From assembly GCA_016201195.1 (NCBI GenBank), contig JACQDI010000021.1:1-37592 (forward strand): 37,592 nt of DNA, given 5' to 3'. Source of the stretch: Acidobacteriota bacterium. GTDB taxonomy: Bacteria; Acidobacteriota; Terriglobia; Bryobacterales; JACQDG01. Each line of letters opens with the position of its first letter. Within the stretch, counting starts at the first letter, position 1. The notes under the pieces were generated by a model that was not told the DNA's origin, did not search any database, and saw only the letters and a program-made list of their open reading frames with translations. A program made the translations under genes and the position numbers. Of the stretch, positions 1 through 9,860 are shown one piece after another.

Positions 1-2319
1 TTCTTCTTCGCCTCCTATCAAGGTTTCCGCAACCGCACGGCCGCCTTCGTCAACAGCGGCATCACGCCGACCGAGGGGCAGCGGGGCGGCGACTTCTCCT
101 CGTTCGCGGCCAACCAGCGGCCGGTCGATCCTTCCACCGGCAGCCAGTTCCCTGGCGGCTTGATTCCGGCGTCGCTGCTCGATCCGATGGCGCAGAACAT
201 TCTGAAACTCGTGCCGCTGCCGAACACGCCCGACGGGCGCTTCCAGGCTTCCGCCTCGTCGCAAAGCAATGACGACCAGGGGCTGTTGAAGATGGATCAC
301 CAGATCAGCGCCTCTCATAAGATCACCGGCAGCCTCTTTCTCGACCGCAACTCGGTCTTCGATCCGTTCGGCTCCGGCACGCAGATTCCTGATTACGCGC
401 GGGTAAACACCGCGTACGACCAGCGCAACGTAGTGGCAAATGAAGACTGGATCGTCACGCCGGCGTTGCTGAACCAGGTCCGGTTCAGCTACACCCTGAA
501 CAGTTACTCACAGGCGAGCCAGGTGCACACGAGCTGGTCCGACTTCGGCAGCAAGGTCACCCTCGGCGCCCTGCCGCCACGGCCGCCGCAGATCTTCGTG
601 AACGGCTTCTGGCAGATGGGAACTTTCGGCGACAACGCCATGGACCAGGCCAGCTACCGCGTGTCGGACACGCTGACCTGGATGCGCCGCGGCCACAGCA
701 TCCGCGCCGGCGGCGGCATTACCCATCACTCGTTTCTCGAACACGGCAACTGGCTCGGCGCCGGGCAGATCCGCTTCAGCGGTTCTTCCACCCGGAACGC
801 GCTGGCCGATTTCCTGCTGGGCCGCGCCAACACCTTCCGCCAGAACAACGGCCAGAACCGCGACTTCGCTTCCAAGGATTGGTTCGGTTTCTTCCAGGAC
901 GACTGGAAGGTCTCCCGCAAGTTCACGCTGAACCTCGGCCTGCGTTACGAAATCGACGAGCCGCTGGTGAGCGCCACCGATGAGTTGCAGACTTTCCGCT
1001 TCGGCGTCTCCTCGAAGGTGTTCCCCACGGCGCCCCTCGGGCTGCTGTTTCCCGGCGATCCCGGCATTCCGCGAGGCGTGATTCCGACCAGCAAGAAGAA
1101 CTTCGCCCCGCGGCTGGGCGTGGCCGTGGACCCGTTCGGCAACGGCAAGACCGCCATCCGCGCCGGCTGGGGCATCTTCTATGCGGCCACCATCGCCAAC
1201 ATCACCAGCAACCTGCAGGGCCAGCCTTTCTTGGTGGACACGACGGTGAACGTGACGCCTAACCTGAACACGCCGTATGCCAACGTACCCGGCGGGAGTC
1301 CGTTCCCGTACACGCTGGACCGCGCCAACCCGCGCTTTTCTCTTCCCATCACGGCGAGTTACATCGCCGAGAACCTGGGGATGCCGCACGTGATGCAGTA
1401 CAACTTCACCATCCAGCAGCAGTTGACGCCGCAGTGGAGCATTCAGGCCGGCTACGTGGGCAATGTGTCGCGGAAACTGTACCTGCAACGCGACGCTAAC
1501 GCGCCGGTGTACATTCCAGGGAGGTCGACCGCGGCCAATGTGAACAGCCGCCGCCCGTACCTGCCGGGAACCTTCGGCGAGATCGCCCAGACCCAGACGG
1601 CGGCCAACGCGCACTACGATTCGCTCCAGGTGAGCCTGAACCGCCGGTTCTCCCATGGCTTTACACTGATGGCCAACTTCACCTGGTCCAAGTCGATCGA
1701 CATCGCTTCCGATGACCAGCTCAATCCCACTGTGGTTTCCTTCGTCGACTCCAATAATCTGGCGCTCGACCGCGCGCCGTCGGATTTCGACACGCCGCGC
1801 CGGCTCGTGGTCTCGTACCTTTGGGAAGTGCCGGGTGTGAAACGTTGGGGCCTGGTGGGCAAGCAGCTTCTCAGCGGGTGGCAGATCAACGGCATCACCG
1901 ACCTCCGCAGCGGAAGCCCGTTCAACACCACCTCAAACATCGACAGCAATTTCGACGGCAACGGCACGGACCGTCCCGACCTGGTCGGCAATCCGAGGCT
2001 CGACACCGGCCGCAGCCGCCCGCAGCTCATCGCCCAATACTTCAATACGGCGGCATTTCGCGCCGCCTCCGGGCTGTATGGCACCGCCGGCAGGAACCTG
2101 GTTTACGGCCCGGGCGCGGTCAACTGGGACTTCTCCGCGTTCAAGAACTTCCCCATCCCGGAGAGCAGGAAGTTGCAGTTCCGAGCCGAATTCTTCAATC
2201 TGTTCAACCAGGTGAACTTCGGCAACCCGAACGCCACGCTCACCAGCCCCAACTTCGGCCGCATCCTCGGAGCGGGCGCTCCGCGGATCGTCCAGTTCAG
2301 CCTCAAGTTCTCATTTTGA
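1..2319 (+). CDS. TonB-dependent receptor, beta-barrel portion (5' end outside window)
   Basis: Frame 1 is open from nt 1 (FFFASYQGFRNRTAAF...), so the listed M at 160 is internal. The C-terminus ...LQFRAEFFNLFNQVNFGNPN...RIVQFSLKFSF is shared with the other receptor copies in the window. Confidence 0.9.
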   Translation, partial: FFFASYQGFRNRTAAFVNSGITPTEGQRGGDFSSFAANQRPVDPSTGSQFPGGLIPASLLDPMAQNILKLVPLPNTPDGRFQASASSQSNDDQGLLKMDHQISASHKITGSLFLDRNSVFDPFGSGTQIPDYARVNTAYDQRNVVANEDWIVTPALLNQVRFSYTLNSYSQASQVHTSWSDFGSKVTLGALPPRPPQIFVNGFWQMGTFGDNAMDQASYRVSDTLTWMRRGHSIRAGGGITHHSFLEHGNWLGAGQIRFSGSSTRNALADFLLGRANTFRQNNGQNRDFASKDWFGFFQDDWKVSRKFTLNLGLRYEIDEPLVSATDELQTFRFGVSSKVFPTAPLGLLFPGDPGIPRGVIPTSKKNFAPRLGVAVDPFGNGKTAIRAGWGIFYAATIANITSNLQGQPFLVDTTVNVTPNLNTPYANVPGGSPFPYTLDRANPRFSLPITASYIAENLGMPHVMQYNFTIQQQLTPQWSIQAGYVGNVSRKLYLQRDANAPVYIPGRSTAANVNSRRPYLPGTFGEIAQTQTAANAHYDSLQVSLNRRFSHGFTLMANFTWSKSIDIASDDQLNPTVVSFVDSNNLALDRAPSDFDTPRRLVVSYLWEVPGVKRWGLVGKQLLSGWQINGITDLRSGSPFNTTSNIDSNFDGNGTDRPDLVGNPRLDTGRSRPQLIAQYFNTAAFRAASGLYGTAGRNLVYGPGAVNWDFSAFKNFPIPESRKLQFRAEFFNLFNQVNFGNPNATLTSPNFGRILGAGAPRIVQFSLKFSF

Positions 2320-2348
2320 TTGCGACCGGATCCGCAGGAGAACAAGAA

Positions 2349-3308
2349 ATGAACAGCTCACGCCGTGATTTGGTTGGAAGCCTTGCAGCGCTCTGTTTGG
2401 CCGCTTTGCGGGCGCCGCTTATCGGCGCCCAGGCAGAGACCAGCACTGCTGGGCGGAAAATGAGAATCAGCCTGAGTTGCGGCGCCATCGGGGTGAAGGC
2501 CGACCAGCTCGAAGCCATCGACCTGGCGCACCGTTATGGCTTCGAGGCGGTTGAACCGCGCGCGGACTACCTCGCTTCGCTGTCGGAGGCAGAGTTGAGC
2601 AAGCTGCTCGATGACTTGGGAGCCAAGCGGCTTGTCTTTGGCGCAACCGGATTGCCCCTTGATTTTGGTATGGGCGAGACAGAATTCGCGGAAGGACTGA
2701 AACGATTGCCCGGATTCGCTAGTGCTCTTGAGCGGGCGGGGGCGACTCGCGTGGTGAAGTTCATCGCTCCAAGCCATGACTCGCTCACCTATTTGCAGAA
2801 TTTCCGGCGCCATGCGCGGCGGATTACCCAGGCGGCCGCAGTGCTTGACGACTGCGGTCTGCGGCTGGGCCTGGAGTACGTCGGCCCCAAGACATCGTGG
2901 ACTCGCCAGCGCTATCCCTTCATTCACACGATGGCCGAAACCAAAGAGCTGATCGCCGAGACTGGCAAGCGCAACGTCGGTCTGGTCCTCGATAGCTGGC
3001 ACTGGTACACGGCCGGCGAGACCGAGGCTGACCTGCTTTCCCTCAAGAACGAACAAATTGTCTCCGTGGACCTGAATGACGCTCCGGCCGGCATCCCGGT
3101 TGAGGAGCAGATGGACAATCGCCGAGAGCTGCCGACTGCCACAGGCGTCATCGACCTGAGGACCTTTCTGGGAGCCCTGAGCAAGGCGGGGTACGGCGGC
3201 CCAGTCCGCGCAGAACCCTTCAGCGCCAGTCTCCGCAAGCTGCCCAAAGAGGAAGCTGTGGCCGCAACCGCGCAGGCCATGAAAAAGGCTCTTGCTCTCC
3301 TGCGCTGA
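2349..3308 (+). CDS. Sugar phosphate isomerase/epimerase-like protein (xylose-isomerase-like TIM barrel), Tat-type signal
   Basis: ATG at 2349 is preceded by GGAG. The N-terminus MNSSRRDLVGSLAALCLAAL has a twin-arginine motif. The body (LEAIDLAHRYGFEAVE..., LGLEYV..., VLDSWHWY...) is typical of AP-endonuclease-2/xylose-isomerase-like TIM barrels. It lies 29 nt downstream of the receptor, so co-transcription is likely. Confidence 0.8.
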   Translation: MNSSRRDLVGSLAALCLAALRAPLIGAQAETSTAGRKMRISLSCGAIGVKADQLEAIDLAHRYGFEAVEPRADYLASLSEAELSKLLDDLGAKRLVFGATGLPLDFGMGETEFAEGLKRLPGFASALERAGATRVVKFIAPSHDSLTYLQNFRRHARRITQAAAVLDDCGLRLGLEYVGPKTSWTRQRYPFIHTMAETKELIAETGKRNVGLVLDSWHWYTAGETEADLLSLKNEQIVSVDLNDAPAGIPVEEQMDNRRELPTATGVIDLRTFLGALSKAGYGGPVRAEPFSASLRKLPKEEAVAATAQAMKKALALLR

Positions 3309-3484
3309 ACGTTACGCCAGAGGGAGACATACTCATCAGAGCGATGTGATTCTCCGTGCCGCTGACGCCCAGGCGGTGAAGTCGCGATCTGCTGCTGCCC
3401 GTAATCGCCGAGGTCGCCGGGGTGATCGGCAAGAAGGCAGACAATGTTGGGCCGGCGGGCCGCCCGGGCGACATCTACCGCTTA

Positions 3485-5359
3485 TCACTTCCAGGTCGAG
3501 AGCTTGAAAGACCGCGCGCCGATAATTTCCCCGTCCCCGCTGACGTAGGATTCCGTATCCGAAAAATTGACTACCACCGCCCAGCCCGAGGAAAACCGCG
3601 ACTCCTGCACCGAGCGATCGTCTGTCAACGCGCGGTGATCCACCAATTCATCCCACCCGGTTTTGGCGTTCCACTCCGAGCAGCGCCGGTAACTTTCGAC
3701 GATGCGGTCTCCGAACTGGTCCAGGTGCTCTCGGTTCACCAGGAAAATCGGCATGCTCCCCGCGATCATCAAAAGCAGGTCGTGCTTGTCCCACCATTTC
3801 ATCTCCGGATAACGATCCGGGGTGAAGTTCCATCGCCAAGTGGAGACCACCGCATCGTGGAACACAAGGTCCCAGAGCGGCACGCGGACGCGCTCGTTCA
3901 AATCAACCCGGATATACTCGTCATTGAAGTCAAACTTCTGAGGCCAGTTCCCAACCGTGACGCCGCGGATGTAGCCAAAGCGCCGCGGCATGGCCATGCC
4001 TTCCAGGTAGTGCAAGAAGGGCGCCGCCCACGCGTTACCGTCCTCGGAACCTACGACCACGCCGAGGCTGGATGTGTAACGGAGGATCGCCGCCCTCCAG
4101 CGCATGTCCTCGGTTCGGTCCAGCGGGTGACCGGTAGCATAACACTCGCGCGGGCCATCCGCGCTCACCACGTCCAGGAAGAGCGCTTCGTAGCCCTTTT
4201 CGCGCACCAGGGCTGGCACCAGATCCAGCATCAGCGGAACCTGCCGGAGCGAGCACCGATAGGTCGTCTTGCGCGCGTCTGAATACGCAAATCCCCGCAC
4301 CGGCGAGCCGTCCTGCTGGGTATAGGCATCGTCAGGGTATCCGCGCGCCAGCGCTTCCGCGAGCCCGGGTCTCGGCGGATGGATGTCCGTGTAGATCCTG
4401 TAAGCTCCCGCCAGGTGCCCGCGCTCCCGCATCCAGGCCAGTGTTTCCTTCGAGGCGCCGCTGTTAATGAGCATCCGCTTGACGCCTTTCGACTCCAGGG
4501 ACTTCACCACCTCGAGCTGCTCTGCATCGTTTCCCCGCAGATGCAGGTCCAGCGCGCCGATCAGTTTTTCTAGTTGCGGATGGACCTGCTGCTTTTCGCG
4601 CAGCGTTACGAAATCGCCGGCGGCGATCAGCTTGCTGCGATAGTGTTTCGCCATCGCCACGTAGCCGCCCTCCAGCAGCCGGTAGCGCAACTTGCGGGCA
4701 TAGCCGGCAGTTCCGCGCGAGGGCTGCCAGTAGACGTGCGGGGCAAAGACGCGGTCACCGCCCGATCCGCTCAGGCGCGCGTCCAAACCGGCATCGGCTG
4801 GCGTTTCGATCAGCACGAGCAAACCCCGCGCCAAGTTGGTCAGGCCGAACCAGGGCATGGAAAGACCAGGGGCAGCGTAGCAACCGTAGCGTCCGGGGAT
4901 TCTCTCCAGCGCCGCCGCATCCTCGACCCGGAACAGCAGGCCGGTTTTGTGAGGCAGCACGAGCCGGTACTCAGGGCCTGGGGCTCGCAACGCAAAGGGA
5001 TACTCGAGGTCGCTTTTCAGCGGCGTGCGCGCTGGAGCCGACAGCGAGAGACCTACTTCCGGATCCGAGTCGGCCAACTCCACCCGCAGGTTCCAGCAGG
5101 TTCCGTCAATTGCAGCCACCGATTCGAGGACGCGCCCTCTGTTGCGGATCGTGACGTCGTCCAGTTTCACAACCGGCTTTTCCGGAACCTCCGGAATCCA
5201 CCGATCGCCCGAAGCCTTTTCCAGAAGCGACAAAGCGCCATCGGGTTCCATGGTCACTCGGAGAGAGGCATTCTCCACAATCCACGGTTGCGCGCCGCCC
5301 GCCGACAGGGCCGCGAACAGAAACCCCACTGCCAGCGACGATGCCAGTTTCGCTGTCAT
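3485..5359 (-). CDS. Secreted glycoside-hydrolase-like protein (family not assignable by eye)
   Basis: 624-aa ORF with a cleavable-looking signal peptide (MTAKLASSLAVGFLFAALSAGGAQP). It starts 9 nt after the stop of the upstream receptor gene. The central region looks like a TIM barrel (FLDVVSA..., VVGSEDGN..., PLWDLVFHDAVV...). The family call is only an impression. Confidence 0.7.
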   Translation of the reverse strand: MTAKLASSLAVGFLFAALSAGGAQPWIVENASLRVTMEPDGALSLLEKASGDRWIPEVPEKPVVKLDDVTIRNRGRVLESVAAIDGTCWNLRVELADSDPEVGLSLSAPARTPLKSDLEYPFALRAPGPEYRLVLPHKTGLLFRVEDAAALERIPGRYGCYAAPGLSMPWFGLTNLARGLLVLIETPADAGLDARLSGSGGDRVFAPHVYWQPSRGTAGYARKLRYRLLEGGYVAMAKHYRSKLIAAGDFVTLREKQQVHPQLEKLIGALDLHLRGNDAEQLEVVKSLESKGVKRMLINSGASKETLAWMRERGHLAGAYRIYTDIHPPRPGLAEALARGYPDDAYTQQDGSPVRGFAYSDARKTTYRCSLRQVPLMLDLVPALVREKGYEALFLDVVSADGPRECYATGHPLDRTEDMRWRAAILRYTSSLGVVVGSEDGNAWAAPFLHYLEGMAMPRRFGYIRGVTVGNWPQKFDFNDEYIRVDLNERVRVPLWDLVFHDAVVSTWRWNFTPDRYPEMKWWDKHDLLLMIAGSMPIFLVNREHLDQFGDRIVESYRRCSEWNAKTGWDELVDHRALTDDRSVQESRFSSGWAVVVNFSDTESYVSGDGEIIGARSFKLSTWK

Positions 5360-5368
5360 CTGCGTTCC

Positions 5369-8300
5369 TTAGAAATAAAGCTTCAGGCCGAATTGTATCT
5401 GACGCGGAGCCGATACGGTGCTACTCACCACTCCAAAGTCGGGCGCGGTCAGGTTTGTGCCAGGCTGCTCGAATGTGGGAGTGTTGGTGAAATTGAAGAA
5501 CTCAGCCCGGAATTGCAGGCGAACCTTCTCGCGGACGCGGATGTTCTTCATCACCGAAAAGTCCCAGTTGAACAAGCCGTCCGTTCGGGTGCGGGGCAAA
5601 TTGCGGGGCGCGTTGCCGAATGTAAAGGGTGGAATCACGGCAAAGGCGTCGGTGTTGAACCAGCGGTCGATACTTGGGTTCGCCAAATTCGGCTCGCCCA
5701 CCACGTTTGGCCGGTTCCCACCGAAGGCCGGCGCTGGCGCCGTGATGGCGATAGGGTCTCCGCTCTCCAGCGTCAGAATGGAGTGGACTTGCCAGCCGCC
5801 CGCCAGATAGCGATAGACGGCATTCCCCGACTTTCCGAACGGCAGCTCCCAGCTCGGGCTGACCACCAGACGCATCGGCAGGTCGCTGGTCGAGATGGCG
5901 CGCTCGGCCCGCAGGTTGTCCCAATTCTGGACGCTGTTGCTGCCACCCTCGCTGAAGTTGTCATTCAGCCCGTTGCCCAGGTTGTCGTCGAGCAGCTTCG
6001 AATAGGTGTAGGCGAGAAGCACCGCCAGCCCGCGGGACATGCGCTTCTCCAGCCGCACGGTCATCGCGTGATAAATGGAATTGGCCCAGGAATCCAGACC
6101 CGAGGCGGCGGTGAACTGCGGGTACTTGCGCAGCAGAGTGGCGCGCGTCACTGTGGGCGTGCTCAAAGGCCCGACATTGATCAGCCCAGGGAAAGGATTG
6201 GGCACCAGTTCCTGAAGTTGGGCGCCTAGCGAAAGGTGAGCGGAGGGAAGGTAGGCGAACACGTGGTTGGCAGGCATGCTGACGCCGTGGTTGCCCAGGT
6301 AGCCCACCTCGAGCAGCCATCCCCCGGGCAAGTGGCGCTGGACATTGGCATTCCATTGTTCGCTGTACCCGCTGCGCATACGGCGGCTGTTTCCCGCGAT
6401 GCTGGTACCAAGGCCGGTCAGCCTTCCCTGGCTGCTGCCCGGGGGCGCCTGGATGCCTTCCGGGAAGGGACTGGTCAGGGTGTTGTAAGGGGTGAATCCG
6501 CCGTCCACCGATGTCACCATAGTGGTGAGCAGATCGAAGCCGGTTCTTCCCAATTGAACGAAAGTCCCGGTTCCCGGCAGGTAGAAGATTCCGAAACCGC
6601 CGCGGAACACCGTCTTGGGCAGCAGTTGGTAGGCGAAGCCCACACGGGGCCCGAAATCGTTGAACGAATTGTTTCGGGCGCCGCGGGACAGGCCTCCAGC
6701 ACCTGGAAAGACCAAGCCACCCTTCAAGGCCAGCCCACCGACGCTGGTCTCCACACTCGGATCGAAATTGCTAATGGCATTGAAGCGGTCGGTTATGGCA
6801 CCCTCGAATTCCCAGCGCAATCCAAGATTCAGAGTCAGTTTCGGCGAGACTTTCCAGTCGTCCTGGATAAACGCGCCGAAATTGGTCGCCGTGTAAGTAA
6901 CCGTGGTCCAGCGGCGAGCTTGTCCCGCACTCGGGGTTCCGAGAAGGAAGGTCGCCAGACCGTAACCGGCCGTGGCGCTGGCGACGTTCGGATCGGGGCC
7001 GCGCGTGAAGGTCGGGGCAAAGGTGAAGTCCAGGACGGGACCTCCCTGGCTGTTGTTGTACCGGTAGACGCGCTGCTCCGCTCCGAACTTGATCAGGTGA
7101 CCGCCCTGAATCTTCGTGAAGGCCCCGGCCGCCGACCAGGCCTCATGGGCCTGGCGGATGAGGTCGGTCTGGACGCCTCCGATTGGCGAGAGGCCGGTCA
7201 GGTTGAACCGGGGGAAAAGCGGGTACTGCATCTGGGCTCTGAGGTACGCGGGCAAGCCGAGTTCGGTTACATCGAAACCATAGCTTAGAGGAACCCGGAA
7301 GACGGTATAGCGGTTCATCCCGGCGCGGGCTTCCAGCAGCAGGTCCGGGCGGATGGTATCGGTGTAGTTGACGGCCACCGACCGGCGCGGAAAATCGGAA
7401 CCTCTGGTATTGGTCTCAGCGATGTTGCCGTAAATGTTGGCTGCGTCCCGCCTGGTCATGTCGTAGGTGAACCGGCCGGAAAGCCTCTTGGCAGGACTAA
7501 AGTTGTGGTCCACCTTGATACCGAGGACGTTCTTATCCACCGGGGAAGATCCCTGGCCAAAGAAGTTGTTGGCTTCCGTCAGAGGCGCGCCGGGGATGTT
7601 GGGAGAGGGAATGTATTTCAGCACCGCCTGCGTCACCGGGTGGATCCGGTTCGGCGGGATGATGTTGTTCGGGAAGGGATCGCGAATTCGCCTTGCCGGA
7701 TTGTTCGGGTCGGTGCGGGTCGAGTACGGGTCGTAGATTCGGATCAGGCTTCCGGAAGCGGTGAGCGTCTGGGAGAAGTTCCCTTGACGCTGGAGCAACA
7801 TGGGAACCGTGCGGAAGGTCCGGGTCTGGCCTCGTTGCGCCACCTGCTCCCAGTTGAAGAAGAAAAACGTCTTGTCCCGAACAAGGCGGCCTCCCAGAGT
7901 GCGCCGTACTGGTTGAAGGTGAGCGCAGGTCTGTCGTCGCGGCCGACCCGATTGGAGAAGAACCCGTTCGCGTTCAACACCCGGTTGCGCAGGAATTCAT
8001 ATGCGGAACCGTGAAATTCATTCGTACCGGACCTGCTGATCACATTGACCACGCCGCCTCCGGTTCGGCCATATTCGGCGCTGGCGTTGCGCGTGATGAC
8101 GCGAAACTCCTCGGTGGCATCAACCGAAGGAAAGAACAGAAAGCCGCCGGAGGTCGTCATCTCGGCCGCGATGCCATCCACCATGTAATTGTTGGCGGAA
8201 GGCGCGCCTCCGCCGATCGCCGCCCGGGAGGTCTGCCAACTGTCCACCGGCAATCCGGTGTAGGCGCCCATTCCGCGAACCCCGGGCACCAATTGGGCCA

Positions 8301-8770
8301 GTGAAAAGAAGTTGCGGCCTAGCATCGGCAGGTCCAGGATCTTCTGATTGGGCACGACAGTGCTCACGGCCGTGGTGGAGGTTTCAATCAGGGAAGGCGT
8401 GCCAGTCACCTGGATGCTCTCGGTGACCGCTCCGAGCTGGAGTACGAAATCCAGCCGCAGCACCTGCCCCTCATCCAGCAGGACGCCGGCGCATTCGATC
8501 GTCTTGAATCCCGCGTTGCGCACCCGCACCTGATAGTTGCCGCGCGGCAGCAGGGGCGCCGTGTAGTAACCGAGCTCATTCGAGGTCGCAGTGCGGGTCA
8601 TTCCGGTGTCGGTGTTAGTCACCGCGATCTCCGCGGATGGAACAACGGCGTCGCTCGAGTCCGTCACTCTTCCGGTGAGCTGGGCCGTCTGCGCAAAGGA
8701 AATGGTCGCGAAAGCTACGCACAGCAAAAAGCCCGGCCAAAAGATGCCGCGTCCAAATCTTTGAAGTCAT
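5369..8770 (-). pseudogene. TonB-dependent receptor with two reading-frame disruptions (pseudogene or assembly indels)
   Basis: ATG at 8770 has a GAGGAGG Shine-Dalgarno and encodes MTSKIWTRHLLAGLF. The frame then slips in an A5 run (8726-8730). With A4 it would read ...AGLLLCVAFATISFAQTAQLTGRVTD. A second slip lies at about 7898-7905: FNQYGA|LWEAAL should read FNQYGGTLGGRLVRDKTFFFFNWEQVAQRG, as in the paralogues. The ORF track shows this as overlapping ORFs 7744..8727 and 5369..7843. The C-terminus is IQFGLKLYF. Confidence 0.7.
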
Positions 8771-9504
8771 GGCTTACCTCCTCTCTTGAAAAGCGATGTC
8801 AGGAACTCCCGCGGATAAACGCGCCAGGCGCGCGCGGTGTGCGCGCCCGACGTCGCGTTGAAAGCATGCTGGATCTTCTTCTGATTCAGGAGCTCGGACA
8901 GCTTCCGGACCGGCTCGATCCACCAAACCGCGTGCCACAGCCGGGCCGCGCCCACTGCTGGCCTGCACCTGGCACCGGGGCCAGCGGCTGCCTGCGCTTC
9001 GGGCGCGTACAATCAAAAACCATGCCGGGGTCCGGCTCATGGGCGTCTCCGCAATGTCAGTACGCCTGCGTACTATTTTCAACTTTATTATAGCCGCCAG
9101 CCTTCCGCTGGTCAAGAAAGTTGCAGCATGCTTCGAGACGTAGTGGATCGGCGACGCCTTCCTGACCCGCTCTTCGTAGGTCGCCTCGTCTCCTGCCAGA
9201 AACCGCCGGTTACCTCCCTGGCGGGCGCGAGCCGGCAGCTTGGACATGTCGGACACTCCGGCCATCGAGATCACCGCGCGCACCCTGCTCGACACATCGG
9301 GGCATGGCGTTTCGCCTCGGAAGCCAGCCTCATCGGGAATCACGCCCAGGCACATCACCAGATGCCCGCCGGCGGGATGAACTCCTGGCGAGGCCCCTGC
9401 GCCGGAGGGCCCGGTTGAGGCGCTTGCGCCCAGACGTGGAGGGATGCGACGCTGAGCGCTGCCAGCGCCGCGCCGATACGTGCGCACACCAGGGTTGTTC
9501 GTAT
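8767..9504 (-). pseudogene. Alpha/beta-hydrolase (esterase-like) remnant in three frames
   Basis: One frame carries a signal-peptide-like stretch, (I)RTTLVCARIGAALAALSVASLHVWAQA. A second frame carries the nucleophile-elbow region with Pro where Ser is expected (GVHPAGGHLVMCLG...ASPIHYVSKHAATFL). Only about 45 codons separate the two, where about 100 would be expected. A third frame carries a C-terminal piece (EPVRKLSELLNQKKIQHAFNATSGAHT...REFLTSLFKRGGKP) whose TGA overlaps the receptor ATG as ATGA at 8767-8770. Confidence 0.5.
9061..9115 (-). promoter_or_regulatory. Promoter/operator module G (inside the hydrolase remnant, facing the frameshifted receptor)
   Basis: On the minus strand: TTGACC (9115-9110), N17, TATAAT (9092-9087), 14 nt, then the palindrome TACGCAGGCGTA (9072-9061). 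This is a symmetric variant of the TACGT-NN-ACGTA box. Confidence 0.5.
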
Positions 9505-9533
9505 GACTCCCCTCGCGGCCGTTCGGTTACAAA

Positions 9534-9589
9534 TACGTGAACGTACCGTCTATGCCTTCTATGGTATCTTTTTTTCTGCGGCCGGTCAA
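9534..9589 (-). promoter_or_regulatory. Promoter/operator module A (upstream of the hydrolase remnant)
   Basis: On the minus strand: TTGACC (9589-9584), N17, TACCAT (9566-9561), 15 nt, then TACGTTCACGTA (9545-9534). Confidence 0.6.
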
Positions 9590-9597
9590 GGGATCCG

Positions 9598-9642
9598 GAG
9601 ACGACTGAGACGACCCGGAGACGACAGGGACCCGGAGCCGAC
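9598..9642. repeat. Short direct repeats GAGACGAC x3 plus GAGCCGAC
   Basis: GAGACGAC occurs at 9598-9605, 9607-9614 and 9618-9625, and the variant GAGCCGAC at 9635-9642. The repeats lie immediately upstream of the -35 of module A, within the divergent A/B promoter region. Confidence 0.6.
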
Positions 9643-9774
9643 AGCCAGGCCCTGATCCACTCGCCGGGAAGGCGGCCCCACCGAGACCCGGACCTTGCCC
9701 TATCCGCGAGCGCCGGGCGGCGCTGGCCGCCTCCCGCTGCCGGTTGGCCGAGCGCCCGGCATGAGCGCCCGACG

Positions 9775-9804
9775 TTGATCCGGTACGTAGACGTATGGCA
9801 TAAT
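9775..9804 (+). promoter_or_regulatory. Promoter/operator module B (upstream of the 9861 hydrolase gene)
   Basis: TTGATC (9775-9780), N18, CATAAT (9799-9804). The palindrome TACGTAGACGTA (9784-9795) lies inside the spacer. Confidence 0.55.
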
Positions 9805-9860
9805 CGTTGACGCGATCTTGTAAGTGCGACGAGGAGCTCGTCGGGAAGGGATGAACAGCA

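Noticed and set aside
508-1656. Long ORFs lying antisense to, or out of frame with, recognisable genes: 508..1656(-), 4574..6229(+), 6236..7288(+), 13434..14327(+), 14434..15420(-), 16412..17575(-), 19333..20502(-), 25069..27024(+), 31452..32366(-), 33251..34375(+)
   Set aside because: These are typical shadow ORFs of high-GC DNA. Their translations are Arg/Ala/Gly/Pro-rich and low in complexity, with no family signature. Each lies opposite, or out of frame with, an ORF that has clear domain motifs. 25069..27024 even crosses three gene boundaries.
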